Of a stretch of DNA of 41,726 nt, positions 31,901 through 38,582 are shown one piece after another. The first letter of the stretch is position 1. Each line of letters opens with the position of its first letter. Below the pieces are notes generated by a model that saw only the letters and a list, made by a program, of their open reading frames with translations, did no database searches and had not been told where the DNA came from. Source of the DNA: a virus. The stretch lies in the IMG/VR virus record IMGVR_UViG_3300045988_034074; one strand, given 5' to 3'. Both the position numbers and the translations under genes were made by a program.

Positions 31901-34287
31901 GCATCAAAAAGGTCAATGAACAGATCATTCAGTGCTACAATGCAAAAGCTAGAGGAGACACTTTGGCTCTCAAAAAGTTCTCGCCAGAAATTCAGAGTAT
32001 GGCTAATGATCTTGAAGAGCTGCATAATGACATTCTGAAGCAGATGCAGACACGTTCAGAGAATCTTGGAGGGAGAAAAGGTCTTGGGTCTTTACTGGCT
32101 CAGATGGATACTGAAAACACCTCTAGGGAGTTCTTCCGCGTTACTAACTACACCAAACTTTATGAGTGGATGGGTCGTAACTACGATGATGCTAATGACT
32201 GCTTGGCAGATCTGACTGAGTATGCTAGACGCTTTATGGATAGAGATGCTGAGACTAAATACTTCATTGAGATGAAGAAACGTGAGTTTGAAGCTAAGAA
32301 GAAGACCTACAAAGGAAAGAAACCTCTCCAGTGGTCTGAACCTACAGAGGAAGAAATTGAGGAACATCTTGAACAGGCAGCTAAGAATTGGGCATATGGG
32401 CGTATAGATCAGAATAACTCTAAACTTAACTTCTCTCTTGATGACATGAATCTGAAGAATCCTTACACGGCTTGTGCAGACTCCTTGAAGCACAGACTCC
32501 CAGTAGATACTTCCGGGGTCATGAAGCTGAAGAATGGTGTCGAATTTAGCTTTGATAAGGATCTTAGAAGTTATGACCTTGATAACTTCTTACCGCAGAT
32601 TATGAACAGACTCAGTGGTGAAATTGCTCTTAGAGCTACCATTGGTGACTCTAAGGCACAGCAGGAGTTCTATTCTAAGATTGCACAGGAGATTACTAAG
32701 AACTCTCCGATCAGAAATGGTGGTAGAGAACTTGAAGCAATGCAGATGGGTCTTCATAAGATTCTTGGTATTGGGTCTTACAATGTTAATGAACAGAAGG
32801 GCTGGGATGCCTTTTCTAACATGTGGAGAGCTGCTACTTATGCTAACGTAGGGGGTAACATGACCTCTGCACAGTTAGGTGAACTTGGTGGCTCTATTGG
32901 CTATGGTGGCTGGAAAGTTCTGGTCAACAACATTCCGGGTCTTAGAAACTTAGGCAAAACTCTTAGACTTGGTAAGACTGGGGCTGAGATTGTCGATAAT
33001 GTCACTCGTAAGCTCTGGGCAGAAGAGATTGGTATCCATGGTTGGAGTACCTCTGCTTCTACAGCCTCTAAGATCTATGGGGAACTCTTTGATAAGGTGT
33101 CTGCGGATAATCCAGTACCATCTATGATTGGTAGAGGACTTGACGCAACTAATAGAACCATTAAGAGAACTGCTCTTCTTACCTCTTCTGTCAACTTTAT
33201 GCCAAAGCTCACTAACTGCATGGTTCAGTCTATGCGTAATGCAGCGATTGAAGATAGCTTGAAGTGGGCTGAAGGTAAGAACATGAAGGGGTGGTTCAGA
33301 AGACCATTCTCAGATAAGAAGTTAGCAGCAGCTGGTATTCATACAGCTGAGATGGCTGAAAAGGTTCGTCAGGCTACCAAAAAGTACCTTATTGATGAAC
33401 GTGGTAATCTTGACCATTGGCTTCAGGAAGACCCAATAACGTTCTCCAAATGGAAGCAACTCATGGATAATGAATCTATGAGAGGTATCCAGCAGCAGTC
33501 TATTGGTAACATGAACCCATTTAGAGAGAAGCATAGACTCTTCTTCCAGTTCAAAGACTTTACGATGAAGGCTATGAATCAGCAGTTCATGAGAGCTTTA
33601 TCGTCCCATGAAAGAGATGATGGTATGGCTGCTCTCTATTCGTACATGACCAATACAGCTACCTTCTATGCTTGGACTGTAGCTAAGTCCTATATGTATT
33701 ATCCAAATGATGAACAGAAGAGACAGGAGTACATGGAGAGAAATGGTAATCTCCAGCATGTCCTTCTCTCTGGTCTTTTCCGTATGTCTATGACTGCACC
33801 TCTGTCCTTCTTGGCTGATGGCTGGGAAATTGCTACAGGTCAGTCTATGTACAGAACTACGGTTGATAATACTAGAAGCAAAGCAGAGGCTGATAGGTCT
33901 TGGGATAAGATTGCACTTAGTGCTATCAATCAGGTTCCTACTGCCGGGACAGCTAAAAGAGTCTTTAATATGGGGCAGAGTGTTAAACATTTTGTGTCTG
34001 GTGATGCCACTAACGGTGATGTTGATAGATTCGTTCAGGCATTCCCTCTGGGGTCTTACCTCGGTATGTCCTATCTTGGTTCTATGATTAAGGAGAACAC
34101 AAATCTCCCAGACAAGAGATCGGACTACACTAAAGGACAGCAGACCCATAAAACTAAGAAGGCTAAGAAGGCTAAGAAGGCACAGAAGCTGGGTAGTGTT
34201 AAAGCAAAGACCAAAACTCAGTCACTCTTGACTTCTAAGCCAAAGGCAGCTAACAAGACACAGAAATTGATTGACAGTAATAAGTAA
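28918..34287 (+). CDS. Internal virion protein D, gp16-like, with an N-terminal lytic transglycosylase domain (1789 aa)
   Basis: N-terminal ISGTESGGDYEAY...GKYQFIPSTY has an SLT-type catalytic Glu-Ser and GxYQ. It is the largest gene, lies just before the tail fibre, and has a Lys-rich C-terminal tail. Confidence 0.85.
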   Translation: MTNVDAFLAAISGTESGGDYEAYNESTGARGKYQFIPSTYAEYADDPDDWSPEQQELAAHRMAAEYIEKYGYRNAAIAWQGGEGAIGHEDWSDGNMTTGEYADATMTRLQAIMAGDAIDNFVTPSGAYGMTHPFARPNLPEAQKVYGFWDEFYNKFMNQFVDQGSVSAVRTAWANFVNRDSMAEWAMSDYKPSQEDIELVQKGLEGDSIAQNYVLSNAHNRKTLLELLAMKQEDRDRANSVDNMDYGLSSVGSILGSVLDPTILLAFVPGLGVGTIAGIASKAAKVRSLISLGGKVINEHRAAKIAANALTSMVYAGADRFAAQRWGGFTPDYATAMTFGGILGAIGGAISKSGGGEMARLLDNNKKRLEEETVRVAIGATPHMEAKPNAQAALAKDMMDDFTQEGTDIDLHYKERAAKAAAEKAELEREPDVAQEGASLAGDFQFRKDAVAPEQISGGKDFSKEVKQNENTTTGIPQQKPFETEAPISPTGAVENLNNAADVVYHDLVEPNSITDTLIKNGQLFILTEAKARKWAARYGVQLDPNAKAFSLPGLGVSVLIREKINKRNLTGVVMHEAGVHMALRNMIEPKLYDEILGIVKDRMEHSTDKEWIRATRKATSPEEALAYWIENMGNRKKRDSVVKRVRQGLEQWLDPNFDADKWVADTVAGALKRYAAKNKDVAKVVNMILDPAREVKSKQWAAAIKATGSTNPEIIFKHWITHKPNKNSALYKEIKRQAELAYESKELTDKEIEDFALKKYFHSDLYEDAPVVTSKNKNKKPTVEAVESNEHKEIKEEPKVFEDTENHAQERADNSQGSLVDSLMMRNAEETIHKNDPVQTLPDGSHIINGVTYSKNNVNGEGIAQTAEDIGEIDYSKEHKAQTIFDPVSDKGQSSKVRQGHFGRVGLFMEHGLFNGTIFGIMRNSHSRLLQMLSNILFRDPRMEASYIDHLPAESIKDMMLARWNNQYYAFVEKRMDYIKKNIGFFHSLMRNNCIKKVNEQIIQCYNAKARGDTLALKKFSPEIQSMANDLEELHNDILKQMQTRSENLGGRKGLGSLLAQMDTENTSREFFRVTNYTKLYEWMGRNYDDANDCLADLTEYARRFMDRDAETKYFIEMKKREFEAKKKTYKGKKPLQWSEPTEEEIEEHLEQAAKNWAYGRIDQNNSKLNFSLDDMNLKNPYTACADSLKHRLPVDTSGVMKLKNGVEFSFDKDLRSYDLDNFLPQIMNRLSGEIALRATIGDSKAQQEFYSKIAQEITKNSPIRNGGRELEAMQMGLHKILGIGSYNVNEQKGWDAFSNMWRAATYANVGGNMTSAQLGELGGSIGYGGWKVLVNNIPGLRNLGKTLRLGKTGAEIVDNVTRKLWAEEIGIHGWSTSASTASKIYGELFDKVSADNPVPSMIGRGLDATNRTIKRTALLTSSVNFMPKLTNCMVQSMRNAAIEDSLKWAEGKNMKGWFRRPFSDKKLAAAGIHTAEMAEKVRQATKKYLIDERGNLDHWLQEDPITFSKWKQLMDNESMRGIQQQSIGNMNPFREKHRLFFQFKDFTMKAMNQQFMRALSSHERDDGMAALYSYMTNTATFYAWTVAKSYMYYPNDEQKRQEYMERNGNLQHVLLSGLFRMSMTAPLSFLADGWEIATGQSMYRTTVDNTRSKAEADRSWDKIALSAINQVPTAGTAKRVFNMGQSVKHFVSGDATNGDVDRFVQAFPLGSYLGMSYLGSMIKENTNLPDKRSDYTKGQQTHKTKKAKKAKKAQKLGSVKAKTKTQSLLTSKPKAANKTQKLIDSNK

Positions 34288-34296
34288 GGGGGAATA

Positions 34297-34557
34297 ATGA
34301 TGAATGAGGTAAATTGGAAGGATGTTTTCTTTATAATACAGATGCTTCTTATGCTAGGAGCATTCTGTTGGCAGATACCCTTCTGTGCTGGGGTGCTTAT
34401 GTTTGAACTAGCAATCCTTTGGTTCGTTATTCTTCCCATTTTTATTTTGGTATGTATCAATGTGATCTTTGGTGGGGAGGTATGCTTTATTGCTACCCTT
34501 CTTACCATTGCCATTGCTATTTACTATTTAGTATTACAAAGGAGATGGATAAAATAA
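34297..34557 (+). CDS. Small integral membrane protein (86 aa, about 3 TM)
   Basis: RBS AAGGGGG. Strongly hydrophobic. Its stop overlaps the tail fibre start. Confidence 0.6.
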   Translation: MMNEVNWKDVFFIIQMLLMLGAFCWQIPFCAGVLMFELAILWFVILPIFILVCINVIFGGEVCFIATLLTIAIAIYYLVLQRRWIK

Positions 34558-35930
34558 GTAACGAAAGAAAAGCTCAGATCTTTTATCAGGGTGATGGATC
34601 TCAAACACAATATTCGTTTCCGTTTGACTATCTTAGAAAGGCATTTGTACATGTCTCTCTGATTTCTGATGAGAAAATTGAAGAACTCACTCAGGGTACA
34701 GATTACACCGTAACAGACAGAGTCGTTACTTTAGCTGCTCCTACAGGTTTCAAAATTAAGATCTATAGGGTTACTACTACGAAACCTCTTGTAGGGTGGG
34801 CAGATGCTTCTGTCCTCAGAGCAGCAGATATGACCGTACAGTCTACTCAGCTTCTGCATCTGGCAGAGGAAACTTCAGACCATGCTCAGGAGGGTGGTCT
34901 TAGTAAAGATGGAACTGATAACATCTGGGATGCTCGGTATAACAAGATTAAGAACCTGTTAGACCCTACAGACCCCGGTGATGCTGTAAATCTTAATTAC
35001 ATCGCAAAGAATCAGACAAGTCTCTTAACGCAGCTTAACAATACAGGTGCAGCCCAGAACGCTTCTATTGTGTCTACAGGGGATACTCAGAACGCTCGTT
35101 TGACTGCTACAGGAGATAAGCAGAATACCCGATTGACCTCTACAGGGGACACTCAGAATAAGCGTTTGACTGATACAGGGGATTCTTATGTGGCTACTAT
35201 GACCACCTTAAAGAACACCGCAACTGACAAAGCTACTGAAGCTACAAATCAGGCAGCTCTGGCTAAGAAGTGGGCTGTGTCTGATACGAGTCCAGATGGA
35301 ACTACTGATAGTAAGTCTGCTAAGACTTGGGCTGAAAATGCAAAAGCCTCTGCGAGTAGCTCTGCATCCTCTGCAAGTGCTTCTGCTTCTAGTGCAGCAG
35401 TATCCCAGACAAGTGCTTCTAACTCTGCTTCTAGCGCTTCTACAGCTTCTCAGAAAGCAACGGCAGCATCTTCTAGTGCATCGGCAGCAGCTTCTAGTGC
35501 TTCTAATGCAGCTACAAGTGCTTCTAATGCAAAGATGAGTGAGACTAAGGCAGCATCTAGCGCAGCAGCAGCAGCTCAGAGTGCTATTGATGCTGCTAAG
35601 TTTGACCCTTCTAGCTACTACTTGAAAGCAGAAGTAGATAACAAAATAAAGAATATCTGGGAAACGCCAATGCATTGGGATGTAGCGGCAACGGATGCAA
35701 TAATGCAGGCAACATCTATCATATATGATGAAAAGGGAAACTTAGCAAGGTATCAGCTTGGTTTCCTAGCTACCATAATCACACAAAATATATATATAAA
35801 GCTAGACTCCTACGCTCTTAAAACTGATCTCCCTACAAAGACTTCACAGCTGACTAATGATAGCGGATTTGCCGCCATCAATAGCAACGGACACCTTGTT
35901 ATTAACGGAAGCGAGTTGTGGATAGAATGA
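34545..35930 (+). CDS. Tail fibre, T7 gp17 N-terminal domain type (461 aa from the ATG at 34545)
   Basis: KAQIFYQGDGSQTQYSFPFDYLRKAFVHVSL...LRAADMTVQSTQLLHLAEE aligns with the T7 gp17 N-terminus. It contains three 11-aa repeats and a Ser/Ala-rich tract. The track start at 34419 overlaps the upstream membrane-protein ORF in another frame. Confidence 0.88.
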   Translation: MDKISNERKAQIFYQGDGSQTQYSFPFDYLRKAFVHVSLISDEKIEELTQGTDYTVTDRVVTLAAPTGFKIKIYRVTTTKPLVGWADASVLRAADMTVQSTQLLHLAEETSDHAQEGGLSKDGTDNIWDARYNKIKNLLDPTDPGDAVNLNYIAKNQTSLLTQLNNTGAAQNASIVSTGDTQNARLTATGDKQNTRLTSTGDTQNKRLTDTGDSYVATMTTLKNTATDKATEATNQAALAKKWAVSDTSPDGTTDSKSAKTWAENAKASASSSASSASASASSAAVSQTSASNSASSASTASQKATAASSSASAAASSASNAATSASNAKMSETKAASSAAAAAQSAIDAAKFDPSSYYLKAEVDNKIKNIWETPMHWDVAATDAIMQATSIIYDEKGNLARYQLGFLATIITQNIYIKLDSYALKTDLPTKTSQLTNDSGFAAINSNGHLVINGSELWIE

Positions 35931-36484
35931 GTGACTTAGGTGCAATTTTTCATGTCAAAAAGGCAGAGGTGCAGTATGATGCTCATGCCTATACGACCCT
36001 TGATGAGTGTCCAGAACCAAACCTGAAAATTAAGTTCAATGGCTCTCCAGCATACATTAAGCTGGAAGCTAAAGGGAGTGGAGACGTACCTTGCTATGTC
36101 AAAAAGAGTGATGGAAGTGTATATCAGATAAAGAAAGAAGCAAAAGAAGCAGTAGTACCCACTGGAGAAAAACGAATATCAGTGCATGGAACATTTACAG
36201 TTCCTTCGGGGATTACAGTGCTTGAAATTGAATATGACACAGAGCTGTGCAGCAATGACTACGTTGGTGTTACACCGGGTAGTACACATAAAATAACGAT
36301 AGAATCAGCGGAAGGCACGGACTCTTCCCCCTATTATGTAACCGTCTACTGTAATACACACAGAAAATACTGGGCAGATTTGGAATGGGCATATGAACCA
36401 TACTTAGGTGTGCCAGACCCTAATGTAATAATAAGATGGTCTCCTGAAATTAACAAAAAATCTCCTACTAGAACTGATTATTAA
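35927..36484 (+). CDS. Hypothetical protein downstream of the tail fibre (185 aa); possible fibre-associated or receptor-binding component
   Basis: ATGA overlap with the fibre stop. No family recognised, so the function is suggested by position only. Confidence 0.5.
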   Translation: MSDLGAIFHVKKAEVQYDAHAYTTLDECPEPNLKIKFNGSPAYIKLEAKGSGDVPCYVKKSDGSVYQIKKEAKEAVVPTGEKRISVHGTFTVPSGITVLEIEYDTELCSNDYVGVTPGSTHKITIESAEGTDSSPYYVTVYCNTHRKYWADLEWAYEPYLGVPDPNVIIRWSPEINKKSPTRTDY

Positions 36485-36504
36485 CTAAAAGGAAGGTGAT
36501 TATC

Positions 36505-36786
36505 ATGTTCGCTTATCCCCCAGCACCACCATCTATCAATAGCTTTGGTGGTGAGGTAGCTGATGTAGAAGAAGTAAGGAGAGCTAGAGTAGACCCTTGT
36601 GGCTCTCTCACTTTCTTCATTTCTAAAAAAGAAAACAGGGTCTATGTAAAGTACATTGATCTTAGTGGTCTTCCAGTCATTGAAGTCTATGAGAAAGCAA
36701 AAGGACAGGAAGAGAGTCTAAATGAAAGGTTAAAGGCACTTGAAGAAAAAGTAGATACATTGATTACGAAAAGTAAAGGAGACTAA
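36505..36786 (+). CDS. Hypothetical protein with a C-terminal coiled coil (93 aa)
   Basis: The ATG at 36505 has RBS AAAGGAAGG. Confidence 0.55.
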   Translation: MFAYPPAPPSINSFGGEVADVEEVRRARVDPCGSLTFFISKKENRVYVKYIDLSGLPVIEVYEKAKGQEESLNERLKALEEKVDTLITKSKGD

Positions 36787-36788
36787 GC

Positions 36789-36977
36789 ATGATGAACACT
36801 AACATCGAAACAGCTCTTATGTCATTGATAGGTAGTGATCCACGTTTCCAGAGAGCAATGGCTATGATGCAGGGGAAGACATCAGCTGAAAGACAGCAGA
36901 TTGTTATGAACATGATTTCTACACAGGGTATCCCTCAGACACAGCTTGCTCCTCTTATTTTACGAAATGAATGGTGA
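36789..36977 (+). CDS. Hypothetical protein (62 aa)
   Basis: RBS AAGGAG. Starts 2 nt after the upstream stop. Confidence 0.5.
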   Translation: MMNTNIETALMSLIGSDPRFQRAMAMMQGKTSAERQQIVMNMISTQGIPQTQLAPLILRNEW

Positions 36978-36993
36978 TTCTATGGAGAACGGT

Positions 36994-37227
36994 ATGAGTG
37001 GTGTGCATCCTGTATTCAATCTGAATGAGAAGACAGGGGCAGGTTTCGGTGGTAGTGAATGGTTGTGGGTAGTCGTTTTATTCGTATTACTCGGTGGCGG
37101 TGGTAATCTCTTTGGTAACAAAGGGAATACTGCAACTCAGGCAGATCTCGTTCAGAGACTCCGCCCAGCTCCTGTTCCGGCTTTTATCGTTCCGGCACCT
37201 ACAGGTACAACTACCCCTACTCCTTAA
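36994..37227 (+). CDS. Single-TM membrane protein with a Pro-rich tail (77 aa); holin or lysis-accessory candidate
   Basis: TM segment WLWVVVLFVLLGGGG. The start is uncertain, with in-frame ATGs at 36967, 36982 and 36994. Confidence 0.45.
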   Translation: MSGVHPVFNLNEKTGAGFGGSEWLWVVVLFVLLGGGGNLFGNKGNTATQADLVQRLRPAPVPAFIVPAPTGTTTPTP

Positions 37228-37256
37228 TAATAAGTTAGTGGTAAGTTAAATATGGT

Positions 37257-37280
37257 GGGGAGTGTCTTTTGGCACTCCCT
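37257..37280 (+). terminator. Terminator-like hairpin (9-10 bp stem, UUUU loop) followed by an A/T-rich tract
   Basis: GGGGAGTGTC-tttt-GGCACTCCCT paired by hand. Confidence 0.45.
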
Positions 37281-37309
37281 ATTATATTTATATTAAGAAA
37301 GGGGACTAC

Positions 37310-37576
37310 TTGGATATTCTGAATAGTATTGTTGCTATTTTAACAGTAGCAAGCTGCCTTAGTGCTGCTTTTAACTACGTTGTTATCAGACCATTACAGC
37401 ACGCTATTGACCTGAATAGTGACGTATTGCATGAGTTGAAGAGAGAAATTGAAAGGAGTGTAGCAGACAGGCGTGCTTTGGATGTTCGTGTAGCAGCTCT
37501 TGAAGAAGCTCATAAGATCAATTCTAAACGCCTTGACGAGATATGCTCTACGTTAAGCGAAAAATCAAAGAGATAA
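37310..37576 (+). CDS. N-terminally anchored coiled-coil protein (88 aa from the TTG at 37310); i-spanin-like or lysis regulator candidate
   Basis: TM segment ILNSIVAILTVASCLSAAFNYVVI followed by a charged helical region. The track start (GTG at 37262) lies inside the hairpin. The TTG at 37310 has AAAGGGG 5 nt upstream. Confidence 0.45.
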   Translation: MDILNSIVAILTVASCLSAAFNYVVIRPLQHAIDLNSDVLHELKREIERSVADRRALDVRVAALEEAHKINSKRLDEICSTLSEKSKR

Positions 37577-37614
37577 TCAGTACGTTTAAGATTAAGAGAA
37601 GTGACAAAGACTCC

Positions 37615-37869
37615 ATGAGACTCATCAAATGGAGTCTTCGTTACCTTCTATTTTGTTTAGTGCTTTATCTTGTGATGACCTTATATGAATGGGTCGTTAC
37701 AGGTCATGCTAACTTATCTGAATTTAGACAATACATCACCGCCGTTGGTGGGTTGACTATTGCTATTCAGACCTTTAGCAGATGGCTAGTAGATAGCGAC
37801 CATGATGGTATCCCAGATGAAGCCAAAAAAGATAATGAAAGGAGATTCCCACCATATGACCCCAGATGA
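37615..37869 (+). CDS. Two-TM membrane protein, holin candidate (84 aa from the ATG at 37615; track start is 37543)
   Basis: Two hydrophobic helices (LRYLLFCLVLYLVMTLYEWVV and ITAVGGLTIAIQTF) and a charged C-terminus. It overlaps the endolysin start. Confidence 0.5.
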   Translation: MRLIKWSLRYLLFCLVLYLVMTLYEWVVTGHANLSEFRQYITAVGGLTIAIQTFSRWLVDSDHDGIPDEAKKDNERRFPPYDPR

Positions 37870-38335
37870 ATTTATTGATTTTATCGGAGACACAGCTGGT
37901 AAGATTTGTGCTGAATACAATCTTCCAGCTTCCGTATGTATCGCTCAGGCTATTCTTGAAAGTGGCTGGGGTAGATACTGCATTGGTCAGTTCAACTACT
38001 TTGGTCGCAAATGGAATGGCTGGGGTAACTATGTACGGCAGCAGACCACAGAATATGAGAATGGTGAATACGTCACTATTTATGATAAATTCCAGTCCTA
38101 TGAGTCTCTTGAAGATGCTATTAGAGACTGGTGCATCCTCATTACGGAAGAGCCAGCATATGCGGATGCTCTTGCAGAATGGCGTAGCAGATGGGTCGTT
38201 GAAGACTTCGTGTATGTCCTTGCGCCTGTTTATGCTACAGACCCAGACTATGCTCGCAAGATCGTAGCTACTATTGAAGCTAATGATCTCTTTAGATTTG
38301 ATGGATGGGGAGATGAAGACAATGCCGAAGATTAA
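37856..38335 (+). CDS. Endolysin, glucosaminidase (FlgJ/GH73-like) domain (159 aa)
   Basis: LPASVCIAQAILESGWGRYCIGQFNYFGRKW...YDKFQSYESLEDAIRDW matches the AQAxLESGWG...NNxFG signature of the mannosyl-glycoprotein endo-beta-N-acetylglucosaminidase family. Confidence 0.8.
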   Translation: MTPDEFIDFIGDTAGKICAEYNLPASVCIAQAILESGWGRYCIGQFNYFGRKWNGWGNYVRQQTTEYENGEYVTIYDKFQSYESLEDAIRDWCILITEEPAYADALAEWRSRWVVEDFVYVLAPVYATDPDYARKIVATIEANDLFRFDGWGDEDNAED

Positions 38336-38582
38336 CATTGCTATTATAGATCAGATTGCACAGCTGGAGGTCGATGCTCTTCTGGATGGTCTTACTGATC
38401 CAGAACTGAGACGTAATCCAGCTTTCCTTGATAAGGTCAGACGCTTCCTTAAAGAGAATCAGCTTCAGACCACTCCAGAGACACCGGGAGTAGCTGAACT
38501 GATGAAGAGGCAGCAGACCACAGATATTCCGATCTTTAAGGAGGAGGTAGGTGCCTTTGCTGTGGACGGAAGACCAAATTAA
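38322..38582 (+). CDS. Terminase small subunit, gp18-like (86 aa)
   Basis: A small ORF directly upstream of and overlapping the large terminase gene. The in-frame ATG at 38313 is an alternative start. Confidence 0.5.
   Translation: MPKINIAIIDQIAQLEVDALLDGLTDPELRRNPAFLDKVRRFLKENQLQTTPETPGVAELMKRQQTTDIPIFKEEVGAFAVDGRPN

Noticed and set aside
34419-34544. Upstream extensions of track ORFs (tail fibre from 34419; also 18465, 2478, 2693, 2857, 22585, 25502, 37802 and 38274)
   Set aside because: Each extension overlaps the preceding gene in another frame. Each contains a downstream in-frame start with an RBS or a stop-start overlap, and homology to the T7 proteins begins at that downstream start.
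37346-37357. Lipobox-like VASC suggesting a lipoprotein o-spanin
   Set aside because: The Cys lies in the middle of a 24-residue hydrophobic helix with further hydrophobic residues after it. This fits a TM anchor better than a cleaved lipoprotein signal.
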